From a virus: DNA of 64,000 nt. The stretch is from the IMG/VR virus record IMGVR_UViG_3300018868_001080; one strand, 5' to 3'. Under the pieces are notes generated by a model. It saw nothing but the letters and a program-made list of their open reading frames with translations, made no database searches and was not told the origin of the DNA. The translations under genes were made by a program, and so were the position numbers. Of this stretch, positions 49,615-60,800 are shown piece after piece (position 1 is the first letter of the stretch; every line of letters starts with the position of its first letter).

Positions 49615-51102
49615 ATGGCCATCTACAATCCATTATACCTGAATAGCAGCACCAACACGTGGACTGCTGTTGATAACACATTGTCTGCAGATCCTATGCA
49701 CACAAGAACTGTGATGTATTCGGGTGATCGCTTGTTTTTTGGTGGTAACTTCATATACAATTTTACCAATGCCAACAATGTTGCTAATTTTCAACTGCCA
49801 GCCAAATCATACCAAGTGGGTTGTGTGGGGTACTTTGACACTACTATCAACCGCATTCAATCCATTGGTGCAATTGGCACATTTACAGAGCAAGCGTATT
49901 GCAATAGTGCGGCATGTGAAGCTCTGAGCACGTTTGACTTGCAGAATTCAGTCAATTGCTTAACTCTGTGTGGTGCAAATCTGGTGGCAGCAGGCTATTT
50001 CAAATCCATTAACACACAAATCACGGGGTTTCAAGCGCTTACTGCAATGCCCACAAGCATTTGGTTTGAATTATCTGATACTCCACCATTCAACACTGGT
50101 ATTCTTTCTGGTCAAGTTATTACTGTGCCTCAATACAATCTAATATTCACCAACTTATATACCATGGGACTGGCAACTAGCTTCATGCCCAAACTGTCTG
50201 GTAATCCTGCCGTGAACATTGCATACTACAGCCCAACTATTGGCAGGTGGCAGGCATTTCCCAACACCACCAATGTAGATTTTAGCAGCGGTGTATTTTT
50301 AGCATGTGAAACCTACAACAATATAGTATATGCAACTGGATTTGGCACTGGTATATCTGGCGGTCTCTACTACAACAGTGGCAATCAATGGAACCAAGTA
50401 ACACCATCCATTTCAAACAATTGTGAAAACACATCCGACACACCTACAGGCTTCTTTCTGTACAACGACCAGCGTGGCAATTTAATATACTGCGGATCAT
50501 TTGATAGCTATACTGGTGATACCGCCAAATCTGGCATAATGAAATATAATGGCAGTGTGTTCAGTGCCATTGGCAATGGTTTTGATGGGTCACCCAATCC
50601 ATATGCAACTTGTGCAATGGTGACGCTATCTGGTGACAACTACATTGCAGTAGGCAATTTTCCAGATAAAATTGCTTGGATAAATCGCAGCACTGGCACA
50701 ACTTGGACCAAACTCTACAATGGTACTGCGGCTGCAGCGGGGTTTATTACAGCTGATACTATCGCATGCATGGATTTGTCGGGTAATAACATGGTGTTTG
50801 GTGGCGCATTCGATTTAGATCCAGCCACCCCTAATACCAATGGTGTTGCTGCAATAACTAATAACAATGTCACAGGCATGCCGCAAGATATATATGGTAT
50901 AGATGATCTCTTTGCTTTGGGACGCTTACCACGAGTGTTGTTTGCCAATGTGCCTGTGGACTATTCTGTGAACACCACAATTGCTGCAGATTTTACTACT
51001 GCAATATTGCAAAGCCACCGTGACACAATGCTCACCACCAGCGGCATATCTGCATATAGCACAGCACCCTACCAAGGTGTTGATGGCATCATAATAACAT
51101 AA
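49615..51102 (+). CDS. Beta-propeller virion/receptor-binding protein
   Basis: Repeated L..GG.F / IA.W....W blades. Confidence 0.65.
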   Translation: MAIYNPLYLNSSTNTWTAVDNTLSADPMHTRTVMYSGDRLFFGGNFIYNFTNANNVANFQLPAKSYQVGCVGYFDTTINRIQSIGAIGTFTEQAYCNSAACEALSTFDLQNSVNCLTLCGANLVAAGYFKSINTQITGFQALTAMPTSIWFELSDTPPFNTGILSGQVITVPQYNLIFTNLYTMGLATSFMPKLSGNPAVNIAYYSPTIGRWQAFPNTTNVDFSSGVFLACETYNNIVYATGFGTGISGGLYYNSGNQWNQVTPSISNNCENTSDTPTGFFLYNDQRGNLIYCGSFDSYTGDTAKSGIMKYNGSVFSAIGNGFDGSPNPYATCAMVTLSGDNYIAVGNFPDKIAWINRSTGTTWTKLYNGTAAAAGFITADTIACMDLSGNNMVFGGAFDLDPATPNTNGVAAITNNNVTGMPQDIYGIDDLFALGRLPRVLFANVPVDYSVNTTIAADFTTAILQSHRDTMLTTSGISAYSTAPYQGVDGIIIT

Positions 51103-51135
51103 TAGCATTTTGCGCAGCATGTTGTAAAATACAAC

Positions 51136-52383
51136 ATGGACAGCATATACATTCAAATTGCATCGTATAGAGATCCACAATTAATTGTTACTCTTCGAGA
51201 TTGCATTGCCAATGCTGCACATCCAGAGTTGTTGCATTTTGGTATTTGCTGGCAACATGATGAGAAGGATAGCTTGGAAGAATTTGCAAATGATGCACGA
51301 TTCACTATTATAGATGTGCCATATCAAAAAAGTAAAGGTGTTTGTTGGGCAAGAAGCACCATTCAAAACCATTATCGAGGTGAAAAGTATACTCTGCAGC
51401 TAGACAGTCACCATCGATTCACTAAAAATTGGGATACTACTCTCATCAAAATGATAAAACAATTGCAGAAAAAGGGTCACAAGAAACCACTACTGACTGC
51501 TTACTTACCTAGTTTTGACCCAGACAATGACCCAGCATTACGTATTAATACACCATGGAAGATGAACTTCGACCGGTTCATACCTGAAGGTGCTGTGTTC
51601 TTCATACCTGCTTCAATTGACAATTTCAAAGATTTGCATGAGCCTGTGCCTGCACGGTTCTATTCTGCACACTTCTGCTTCACTTTGGGCAAGTTTTGCA
51701 AAGAAGTTCCACATGATCCAGATTATTATTTTCATGGTGAAGAGATTAGCATTGCTGTGCGCGCTTTTACACATGGGTATGATTTGTTCCATCCACACCA
51801 GGTGGTTGTATGGCATGAGTACACCCGCAAGGGGCGGACCAAGCATTGGGATGATGATAAGGATTGGGGCAAGCGCAACGAACTGTGTCATCTACGCAAC
51901 CGCAAACTGTTTGAAATGGATGGTGAAAAAAAGGACATTGACTTTGGGCCTTACGATTTTGGTAGCAAGAGAACTCTCAAGGATTATGAAAAATATGCAG
52001 GTCTCAGTTTCAAGAAACGCGCTGTGCAACAGTACACTGTGGACCATCACTTGGCACCAAACCCATACACTTTTAAACATGAAAAAGAATGGGAAGCATC
52101 ATTTCTTCAGATTTTTAAGCATTGCATTGATGTGCGTTATGAGCAAGTGCCTGAAAAAGATTACGACTTCTGGTGTGTGGCTTTCAAGGATAAAGAAGGC
52201 AAGGATGTGTATCGCAAGGATGCAGACAAAGATGAGATTCAGCGTATGTTTCACGATCCAGACAAGTACTGCAAAGTTTGGGGAGAGTTTAATTGTGAAG
52301 CCATGCCTGCAAGTTGGTTAGTGTGGCCTCATAGCATAAGCAAAGGATGGGCAGAGCCCATCACTGGTACTATTGGTCAATAA
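51136..52383 (+). CDS. GT60-like polypeptide O-alpha-GlcNAc transferase (Pfam GlcNAc type)
   Basis: IYIQIASYRDPQL..TL....A.HP, GICWQ, GVCWAR, LQLDSHHRF..NWD, LTAYLP, FHGEE, R.FTHGYD.F.P, WHEY. Confidence 0.85.
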   Translation: MDSIYIQIASYRDPQLIVTLRDCIANAAHPELLHFGICWQHDEKDSLEEFANDARFTIIDVPYQKSKGVCWARSTIQNHYRGEKYTLQLDSHHRFTKNWDTTLIKMIKQLQKKGHKKPLLTAYLPSFDPDNDPALRINTPWKMNFDRFIPEGAVFFIPASIDNFKDLHEPVPARFYSAHFCFTLGKFCKEVPHDPDYYFHGEEISIAVRAFTHGYDLFHPHQVVVWHEYTRKGRTKHWDDDKDWGKRNELCHLRNRKLFEMDGEKKDIDFGPYDFGSKRTLKDYEKYAGLSFKKRAVQQYTVDHHLAPNPYTFKHEKEWEASFLQIFKHCIDVRYEQVPEKDYDFWCVAFKDKEGKDVYRKDADKDEIQRMFHDPDKYCKVWGEFNCEAMPASWLVWPHSISKGWAEPITGTIGQ

Positions 52384-52395
52384 TATTGTAAGGTA

Positions 52396-53406
52396 ATGAA
52401 AGCAAAGATAAGGATTCACAGACCAGAGAATATACAGTGGGGCAGATACCATACACCATGGTTTAGATATTTTAAAACATTCCTAGAACAACACTTTGAT
52501 GTGGAGTGTTTAACTTATGACAGCAGAGAGGACTTGGGGTATGCGCATATAGAATTAGCTTGCAAAGACAATATTGGCTTGCAACCCACTGTGAGCGATG
52601 TTGATACCCTCATAGAGAATCTTGAAACTGGTGATTTTGTTGTGTTGAGTTTTACTGAGTACTTTAACCATAGAAATGTTCATTACTTGAAATCAATGCA
52701 TTGTAAAAAAATACTCTTGGCACATTTTAGTTATCATAATATTTACCATTGGTTAAAAGCTGATAGACTATTACACAGAATTGATGCAGTTTCACCTTGG
52801 TTTTTTGGTTGGATGGAAGAGTTTGATATTAATTCATGCAGAGATTATAAGAATCAAGTTACAGAATTTTGCACTGACAAAATGTTCTGGAAGGGATCAG
52901 GATGGCGAGGTGGTGATGCGGCTTATAGAAAAGTTGTTAATTTATTGAAAGAAAAAGGATTGGTTGATCCAGATTCAATGAATCATGATCAATATATGAA
53001 GGAACTCGCCAGACACAAAATCGCTTTATCCTATTATTTAGATTTGTCCATGTACAGCACACCATATGATCACCCAGGTGAGTTTTGCTACAGAGACATG
53101 GAATACATGTCCATAGGCGTGCCATTTATCCGCATTGAATACAGGGATGCAGTTTATGATGGTCTGATACCCAATTACCATTACATTGCCATACCTAGAG
53201 ACAAAGCATACGTTGAGTACTCTAAAAACGGTGATGCTGGAGTTGCAAATATAATTGAACAAAAATTTAACGAAGTTAAAAATGATGATGATTTCTTAAA
53301 GTTCATATCAAAAAATCAACTTGAATGGTTTGACAAATATGCCAATTTACCCAACAGTTTAGACTTTACTTTTAAGCTGACCGGGATAAATAATTGGATC
53401 CAATAA
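52396..53406 (+). CDS. Putative GT-B glycosyltransferase
   Basis: FWKG...YR, Y...LA.HKIALS, CYRDMEY...GVP, L.PN.HYI. Confidence 0.65.
   Translation: MKAKIRIHRPENIQWGRYHTPWFRYFKTFLEQHFDVECLTYDSREDLGYAHIELACKDNIGLQPTVSDVDTLIENLETGDFVVLSFTEYFNHRNVHYLKSMHCKKILLAHFSYHNIYHWLKADRLLHRIDAVSPWFFGWMEEFDINSCRDYKNQVTEFCTDKMFWKGSGWRGGDAAYRKVVNLLKEKGLVDPDSMNHDQYMKELARHKIALSYYLDLSMYSTPYDHPGEFCYRDMEYMSIGVPFIRIEYRDAVYDGLIPNYHYIAIPRDKAYVEYSKNGDAGVANIIEQKFNEVKNDDDFLKFISKNQLEWFDKYANLPNSLDFTFKLTGINNWIQ
53368..53399 (+). repeat. Direct repeat B, copy 1
   Basis: ACTTTTAAGCTGACCGGGATAAATAATTGGAT; 31/32 identical to 54102-54133. Confidence 0.9.
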
Positions 53407-53407
53407 T

Positions 53408-54031
53408 ATGAGTAACATGGAGAGGGTAGTTTTAAAAGAGAGTGATTTTACCGCAAAATGCAATGCAATCAAAGATCTTTTCTTTTTTCAAATAGGCGCA
53501 AACGATGGCATTAGTGTAGATCCAATTCATAAATTAGTACAAGAACACAATTGGAGTGGAATATTGATTGAACCTGGCATTGATGCTTTCAATGCTCTCA
53601 AACAAAACTATAGTACACAATCTAATTTAATTTTTGAGAATTCTGCAGTTACCAATGTGGATGGTGATATAGTGTTGTGGTGTGGCACGACAACCCCTCA
53701 TTTTACTCTAGATTATCAAAAAGCTGTTAACATGTTTGATGTTCAACCAAAACCTACAACTGTAAATGGTGTCAAATCAGCAACACTACTAAAAAAACAT
53801 AATGCACTGAAAGTAGATCTTCTGCAAATAGATGCAGAGGGACATGACTTTGTAATACTAAAGGACTGGCCATTTGATTCGTATCGCCCCAAAATAATTA
53901 GATTTGAATTCATAAATTTAAACGATTCATTCCATGAATGTATAGGGTTTATAAAAAATCTTAATTATCAAATATTTTATTCTGAAGACGGTGCTGATGT
54001 AATTGCACTATGTAATAATTATGAATTTTGA
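53408..54031 (+). CDS. FkbM-family methyltransferase
   Basis: FQIGANDG, WSGILIEP, ENSAV, LLQIDAEGHD, PKII.FE. Confidence 0.92.
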   Translation: MSNMERVVLKESDFTAKCNAIKDLFFFQIGANDGISVDPIHKLVQEHNWSGILIEPGIDAFNALKQNYSTQSNLIFENSAVTNVDGDIVLWCGTTTPHFTLDYQKAVNMFDVQPKPTTVNGVKSATLLKKHNALKVDLLQIDAEGHDFVILKDWPFDSYRPKIIRFEFINLNDSFHECIGFIKNLNYQIFYSEDGADVIALCNNYEF

Positions 54032-54140
54032 AAAAATAGAACTATGGGACAAGCAATATTATGCTGCTCATGTAGGTATTATTGTTAACAATATGATTAG
54101 CACTTTTAAGCTGACCGGGCTAAATAATTGGATAAAATGA
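54021..54140 (+). pseudogene. 39-aa chimeric scar mini-ORF containing direct repeat B copy 2
   Basis: MNFEKIELWDKQYYAAHVGIIVNNMISTFKLTGLNNWIK* ends like the 52396 protein (TFKLTGINNWIQ*). Confidence 0.65.
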
Positions 54141-54859
54141 GTATGCTTTGCTATTCAACAGCTTCATATGGATGCAAATACTATAACGCAACAAATAAGC
54201 TTATAGAATCGCTCAATATTATTGAAAGCAAAAAATTACCTACAATTTTTGTTATGACGGATAAAGTGGACGCTATAACCAAACACCCAAACGTTTTCGT
54301 AAAGGATATCAATGACTATAACCCAAAATATTCTACTTATAATGACAATTACTATAGATACAACGCAACTGCACACCGATACAATGTTTTGCACGCCTTA
54401 GAAAATGGTTATACTAATATCACGTACATGGATACAGATTTGTTATTTTTACCAAATTTTGATTTAGATATAGTGGAGACTTTCTTTGAGCCAAATACAG
54501 TTGCAGGTGAATCTATGTATGAGTTTAAAGATTATTTTATTGGTGCGATGTTAGGCAAGCGTTTTGCTAGTTATTACAAGCATTTTGAAGGTAGCGAAAA
54601 TTTAGATCAATTTAAAGATATGGTTATGCCTGATGATAGGTTAATTTATTACAGCTTTCGTGATGTTAATCACGGTAAAGAATATGTGGAATGGTGGGGC
54701 AAATGTAGTGATTATAGAGAACAGGCTGTTTTAGGTTGCGCTCCAGTAGGCAATTTAGATGAGAATTGTTTTTGCGCATACAAAACAGGCATGAAAGTAG
54801 AACCAAGCCATACTGCATATAAGTACAAAATGACAGTAAACGATCACGTTACGCATTAA
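54137..54859 (+). CDS. Putative GT-A nucleotide-sugar transferase
   Basis: FVMTD, YMDTD (DxD), DE near C-terminus; start moved to ATG 54137. Confidence 0.55.
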   Translation: MSMLCYSTASYGCKYYNATNKLIESLNIIESKKLPTIFVMTDKVDAITKHPNVFVKDINDYNPKYSTYNDNYYRYNATAHRYNVLHALENGYTNITYMDTDLLFLPNFDLDIVETFFEPNTVAGESMYEFKDYFIGAMLGKRFASYYKHFEGSENLDQFKDMVMPDDRLIYYSFRDVNHGKEYVEWWGKCSDYREQAVLGCAPVGNLDENCFCAYKTGMKVEPSHTAYKYKMTVNDHVTH

Positions 54860-54866
54860 GATAAAT

Positions 54867-55499
54867 ATGGAAGATCAGAAAATTACAGGCTGCTGTACGT
54901 ACAACGGTGTACTGGCTATGCAAAGACCAGAAGTCTTTGATGTATTTAAGGAGTTTATTACAGCAGTCCGACCATCTAGAGTTGTAGAAATAGGCACAGC
55001 AGCTGGCGGTTTGACTCTTTGTATAAGAGATATTTTTAATGAGATTGGATTGCAAGATGCGCCTGTTAGAACTTTTGATGTCAATCCTGATCAGTGGCGT
55101 GAAAAAGCTTTTGAAAATAAAAATATTGAGCTACACTTAGAAAATATATTTGGTCCTTGCGATGAAGAACCAATCAACATGGTTCTATCTTTAACAAAAC
55201 CCGAACTCATAGTACCCTTCATTCAAGCACCTGGAATAACCTTAGTTTTATGTGATGGTGGAAACAAGAGAGGCGAGTTTAATTGCTTGGCTCGCTATTT
55301 AAAACCAGGTGATATAATTATGGCTCATGATTATATTAGTAACTTGAATGAGTTTCAAGATCATTACATAAATAAAATTTGGAATTGGTTAGAGATATGT
55401 GACATTGATATACAAGGACATACCGAGAAATATAATTTAAAGCCTTTTTGGCAGGATAAATTTGACAAAGTTGTCTGGGTTTGTAGGCAGAAACAATGA
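54867..55499 (+). CDS. Class I SAM methyltransferase (CmcI/rhamnosyl O-methyltransferase-like)
   Basis: VVEIGTAAGG, LCDGG, LKPGDIIMAHD. Confidence 0.75.
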   Translation: MEDQKITGCCTYNGVLAMQRPEVFDVFKEFITAVRPSRVVEIGTAAGGLTLCIRDIFNEIGLQDAPVRTFDVNPDQWREKAFENKNIELHLENIFGPCDEEPINMVLSLTKPELIVPFIQAPGITLVLCDGGNKRGEFNCLARYLKPGDIIMAHDYISNLNEFQDHYINKIWNWLEICDIDIQGHTEKYNLKPFWQDKFDKVVWVCRQKQ

Positions 55500-57163
55500 A
55501 TCAAAATATTACGCTTGTAACAGGTATTTTTGATTTGGGAAGAGATAAAGCCGGTGAAGGATTCAAGCGACCCTTCACCCATTATATTGTAAAATTTACA
55601 GAACTCTTGAGAGCAACTAAAAATTATAACATGGTTGTGTATATTGAAGAAAGATACAAAGATTTAGTGTTAGATATCAGAGATCCACACAACACACAAA
55701 TTCGTATCAAAGAAATTGATGAGTTCAAAACGAACTTTCCTTTTTATAACAATACTACAGAAATAAGAAACAAAGACAGTTGGTTGAACCAAACTGGTTG
55801 GCTGCGTGAGAGTACTCAAGCAACCATGGAGCTATACAACCCTATGGTTATGTCCAAGATGTTCATGCTGCATGATGAGAAGGTTAGAAATTCCTTCAAT
55901 ACAGATTATTTTTATTGGATTGATGGTGGATTAACAAGCACTGTGCATCATGGTTATTTTTCAAAAGATAAAGTCTTGGACAAGATACCAAAAATTACAG
56001 ATAAATTTCTTTTCATAGCATTCCCTTATGCAGAGGGTAATGAGATACATGGTTTCACAAGAACAAAAATGAATGAAATGGCTCAAACAAAAAATGTTGA
56101 GTATGTTTGCCGTGGGGGATTCTTTGGTGGCCATAAAAATAACATATCAGACATCAACGGCATATACTACTCTCTTTTGAGCAACACGCTTAACGAGGGA
56201 TACATGGGCACAGAAGAGAGCATCTTCACGCTCATGACATACACACACCCGCATTTGTTTGCAAAACACATGATAGATGGTAATGGCCTAATTAATAAAT
56301 TTTTCGAAGATGTAAAGACCACCACATTCACTGAGAATACAATCACATTGAACAATTACTCAGGTGTTAACCTGTATGTGTTGTCATTCAACTCACCAGA
56401 ACAGTTTGAAAAATTAATTGAAAGTTATTTGAAGCAACCTGGTTTTGTACGTGAAACAAAGAATATTCTAATAGATAACAGTACCAACCCTGCAGTTAAT
56501 GACAAGTATGTGGAGCTTTGTGCAAAATTTAACTTTGAACACATCAAAAAGAATAACATTGGCATATGTGGTGGTAGACAATTTGTTGCAGAGCACTTCG
56601 ATTCAACAGATGCCAAGTACTATATGTTTCTAGAGGATGACATGAATTTATGCAGCGAGGATCTAAAGACCTGCAAAAACGGGTTTTCGAGATGTATTGA
56701 CAATTTATATTACAAGATTCAAAAAATTATGGATAAAGAGGATTACGACTTTCTTAAACTATCATACACTGAATTCTTTGGCGACAACACAACACAATGG
56801 TCATGGTACAATGTACCGCAGTCCATAAGAGAATTGTACTGGCCAGATAAACATGTACTGCCTGTGCATGGCTTGGATCCAAATTCACCCAAGACAATCT
56901 TCAAGCATATTGGAAGCATGGATGGGTTGAGCTACATTGATGGTGAGGTGTATTATTGCAACTGGCCTCAAATTGTATCACGAGCTGGTAACAAGAGAAT
57001 GTTTCTGAGTACCAAGTGGGGACATCCCTTTGAACAGACATGGATGTCATTCATGTATCAGTTAACCAAGAAAGACATGTTGAGAGGTGCAGTTTTATTG
57101 GCATCCCCTATAAATCATGAAAGATTTGCCTTTTATAAAAGTGAAGAGAGACGAGAAAACTAA
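55496..57163 (+). CDS. Two-domain glycosyltransferase: HtrL/YibB(WlaTC)-like plus GT2-like
   Basis: TLVT..FD.GR, Y..V..SK, YWIDGG, GGFFGG, GTEE; second domain IDNS, NIGI.GG, FLEDD. Confidence 0.75.
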   Translation: MNQNITLVTGIFDLGRDKAGEGFKRPFTHYIVKFTELLRATKNYNMVVYIEERYKDLVLDIRDPHNTQIRIKEIDEFKTNFPFYNNTTEIRNKDSWLNQTGWLRESTQATMELYNPMVMSKMFMLHDEKVRNSFNTDYFYWIDGGLTSTVHHGYFSKDKVLDKIPKITDKFLFIAFPYAEGNEIHGFTRTKMNEMAQTKNVEYVCRGGFFGGHKNNISDINGIYYSLLSNTLNEGYMGTEESIFTLMTYTHPHLFAKHMIDGNGLINKFFEDVKTTTFTENTITLNNYSGVNLYVLSFNSPEQFEKLIESYLKQPGFVRETKNILIDNSTNPAVNDKYVELCAKFNFEHIKKNNIGICGGRQFVAEHFDSTDAKYYMFLEDDMNLCSEDLKTCKNGFSRCIDNLYYKIQKIMDKEDYDFLKLSYTEFFGDNTTQWSWYNVPQSIRELYWPDKHVLPVHGLDPNSPKTIFKHIGSMDGLSYIDGEVYYCNWPQIVSRAGNKRMFLSTKWGHPFEQTWMSFMYQLTKKDMLRGAVLLASPINHERFAFYKSEERREN

Positions 57164-57175
57164 TTAAATAATACA

Positions 57176-57865
57176 GTGAACACTGTTACAGTTAATCTGT
57201 CTTCTGTACAAGACCCAGGTGATATTGTAATGTACAATCATTACTGGTTTTCCGACCCTTTATCTGGTACAAATATTGCCTATCCAGTGACTGCAAATGG
57301 TGACTTCTTTACATATAGCACCACACCCACAGTAACAGCTGATGATGGTCTCTTTTTTCCGTGGGGGTATCTCTTTGATGACACGTTTGAGACCATATAT
57401 GCAGGTAAATACAAAGGTCTTACAACTTTAAATTTTAATGCATCCGGACTGTCCACAGCATACTTTCCAATCTTGCGCATATATTATGAGTTTGGTGATG
57501 GTACAGTGTACAACAACTCCAGAAATGTGTTGATTGATTACTCCAAGCTTGCCATTGATTCGTTCATAAATGGTTATGGCTATGGTGACCCCAAGTTTAT
57601 ACCTGTAATGCATACGTATCAACCTAGTGATACTACATTCTCTGTTACATACACTGCACATGTGCAGGTATTCAATGGCAGCTTGGTCACAAACAATTTC
57701 TACATCATCATTGATATTGTGCAAGACTCCATATTTGATTTTGATGATATAAATTTACTGGACACAAAATTCATATCATTATCTGAAAAAACCATCATAA
57801 ACGTGCTTGAAGCCTCAAACCCTGAATATATTCTAAATAATCTTTTAAAATATAGTAATACCTAG
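57176..57865 (+). CDS. Virion protein with PKD-like segment
   Basis: YEFGDG...HTY; GTG start 5 nt after TAAATA. Confidence 0.65.
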   Translation: MNTVTVNLSSVQDPGDIVMYNHYWFSDPLSGTNIAYPVTANGDFFTYSTTPTVTADDGLFFPWGYLFDDTFETIYAGKYKGLTTLNFNASGLSTAYFPILRIYYEFGDGTVYNNSRNVLIDYSKLAIDSFINGYGYGDPKFIPVMHTYQPSDTTFSVTYTAHVQVFNGSLVTNNFYIIIDIVQDSIFDFDDINLLDTKFISLSEKTIINVLEASNPEYILNNLLKYSNT

Positions 57866-57893
57866 AAAGTATTGATATTCATAAATATTTTAA

Positions 57894-60800
57894 ATGGAAA
57901 TAAGACCTCTAAATAAAACTACATTTCCGTCATTAAGACTAAGCTATGATCTTGATCCCACGCTCAATGTAAGCAGTGATAATTTTGAAAACGAGCAGAA
58001 TCTCGACATATTGCTCAGCAATTTTCTTAACAATGCCCGGGATGAATCATCTAACAAGTATAGTAATTTTTACTTGACAGACAGGGTCAATTTAAGCAAA
58101 AATATTGAGTTCAAAGAACTGGCAAATCCTGAAGTGGAAATTCTTACCACATGGCTGGCTTCTGATGCTGACAAACAGCTCAACACAAAAACAGACTTCT
58201 GGACTGTGGGTAATGATATTGCAGGTGCAACAACTCTGCAAGATGTAGCAGCTTCAGGAATCTTTGTTAGCATTGACAACACATACATTTTTGATATTCA
58301 ATTGTTGAACGAGAAAATTTGCAGGGTGGGGCACACATACAATAATTACACCAGATATTTGACAATAAACTATCTCAATGCCACAGGCAATAGCTTCTTC
58401 TGTCTGGACAATGGTCAAGACCCGTTTGATGCAAATTCAACACAATCGTTTTGTTATTTATACGACAGAAAGAACGATTTTATTGTTCTTTACAAACTAA
58501 TAAATGATGTTGCCCACATTGTGTACACATTTGAAACAACCAAAGATATAAGTTTATCTGTGCCTTTGACATCAGATGATTTTGGTTTCACAAATGATCA
58601 AATATATCGATGCAGAGCACGTTTTGAGTCCGCTACTAAACCGATTGTTGATAGCATGTGGGTGCAGTACGAGAAAAATTTTAAGAATAACAAACTAACT
58701 ATTGATGACAGACCAGCACCTCTAAATTTATTTTGCCCTTCATATGCAAGCATTGACACAAATTTTTTAATCAACACTGAATACTATAATCTTTCTGGTA
58801 ATACATTACCAATCAATATCTTGACTCTCAAGAACACAACAACACCAAACAATTATCAATCCAAGAACAATCCATTTTCAGTGAGAGAACCTGATATACA
58901 GCAACGGCAGTATAGAAAACTTTTCACTGGTACAAATCAAGTTGGGGGACATGACAACATCAAGCTTGGTTACGAGACATTCACAAGCCAACGCATATTT
59001 GAACCTGATAAATTAACTTATTTTCATGCACCACAAGACTTCTTCCCATATCTGCAGCTCAATGTGCAAGACACAGGCTTGATTGAGAGCGGAGCCATGG
59101 CAGGCAACCACCCATTAAGATCTGACAAAATATTCAAAAAGAAAGCTGGTTATAAGTATACATCTCCCTTTGGTGATACCAGTAGCGAACAAAACGGCTC
59201 TTTTCTTTGTGCTTGGTTGTCAGGCAGTGATAACATAACCAACAGGCCTGTATGGGTGGACAGATATTATTTCCCAGATCAAACAAATTACCTTGCAGCC
59301 ATGACAGCAGCCACCAACCCATTCATAAATTATACTTCTGAAACACAAGGGTTAAGAAACGAGTTACCGTTCATAAAGCAAGTTGTTGTTGACATACCAA
59401 GCCGGCTTGCATTTGAGCCTGGCACCCTGTATGCATATCATCACATTGGCAAGAATACAATCAATCAATTGATCAGTAATCTTAATTATGTATTGTTTGA
59501 AAAAAATCTGACCACCTACACAAACACCACATATGATATGCTTACTGGACAGCCAATTGATAATGAACAATTAGAATACATGTTTGATGGCAATCGTTAT
59601 GGCAGCACAACTCGAGTCGCAGATGGTGCTGACAATAATTTCAACGAATTTACATTAAACTTCTACATGCATGTAAATGATTGGCAATCTAATTTTAGTA
59701 ATGAAATCGTTGGCAACTATGTGAATGATGGCTTTGGTGTGTACAACACCAACTATGTCACACCATTCATCACTCTGTTGTCTCCATCAGCAGTCAACAT
59801 ATTCAACACAGATGGTGTGTTGGCTGATAGCAAGAGCTTCAATGCTAAAGTTAACAACATATTCAAATATGATCAATGTGAAGATTATTTTGTTGTTAAA
59901 GCAGATAATTCCATTGCAAGAGTCAACACTGACAGTGTGGTATTGGACACATACAACTTTGGCAACATTGGAAATTCCAGATCCATCTACACATTCAATG
60001 ACAACCTGGCCTTTGTACTGACTGGCAATGCTTCTTCAAGCTTTTATTGCATCAATACTGACACCGGTGGGCTATCTGGCTATAATCAAACACCATATCT
60101 GTATGATGCTGCAAATATAATAGATTTTACCAACACAGGATTTTTAAACATCCTCACACACAACAAGCAAATCTACATACTGCAAGGATACTCACCACAA
60201 ATATTGGGTAACAATATCTATTTTAGCTGGGACAATTTTATCTGGCAATACAACACAATCACCAAAGAGAGATACTCTGCATACAAGTTCAACACATTAA
60301 TTGATTTTAATATTGATTTTGATGGTAATCTCTGGGCCTTGCATGACACTAACAAAGTGTCAAGACTGGACACTACAGTTGAAAAGAATGTGCTGTTCAC
60401 AAAAACACTTGATTTATCTGGTACATTATCCAATATAGATTTGTTATCATATTTTGAAGGCAATAGTTACAAGAAAGAAATGCTGGTGTATTCCCGCTTA
60501 AGCGGGGCAAATGCTGCATTAAGGATGGACAAGCTGCAATATGATGGTGCAGTTGCCATGACCACGCTACTCCCTAGCTATCTCTCCGCTTCTACAACAG
60601 ATAGCAATAACATCACATCAAAAACTGATACAACAGGTGGTGATTATGCAAGATACTATGTAAGAGAGCAATACTCTGCGCATAATTTATCAGCAAAAAT
60701 TAGACTGAGAAATGTTTACAATTATGGCAAGACAGAGAAAATCGATTTAAAGTTTGATTTGTCAGCTGTTGATGTTGGTTATCACCATGTGAGTGTTCGA

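Noticed and set aside
48843-49622. 259-aa minus-strand ORF rich in GV repeats (also 47259-47459 and 47933-48340)
   Set aside because: Antisense shadow of the Thr/Pro codon repeats, which lack stops on the reverse strand
51590-52321. 243-aa alternative-frame ORF inside the GT60 gene
   Set aside because: No recognisable motifs or initiation signal; fully nested in a well-supported gene
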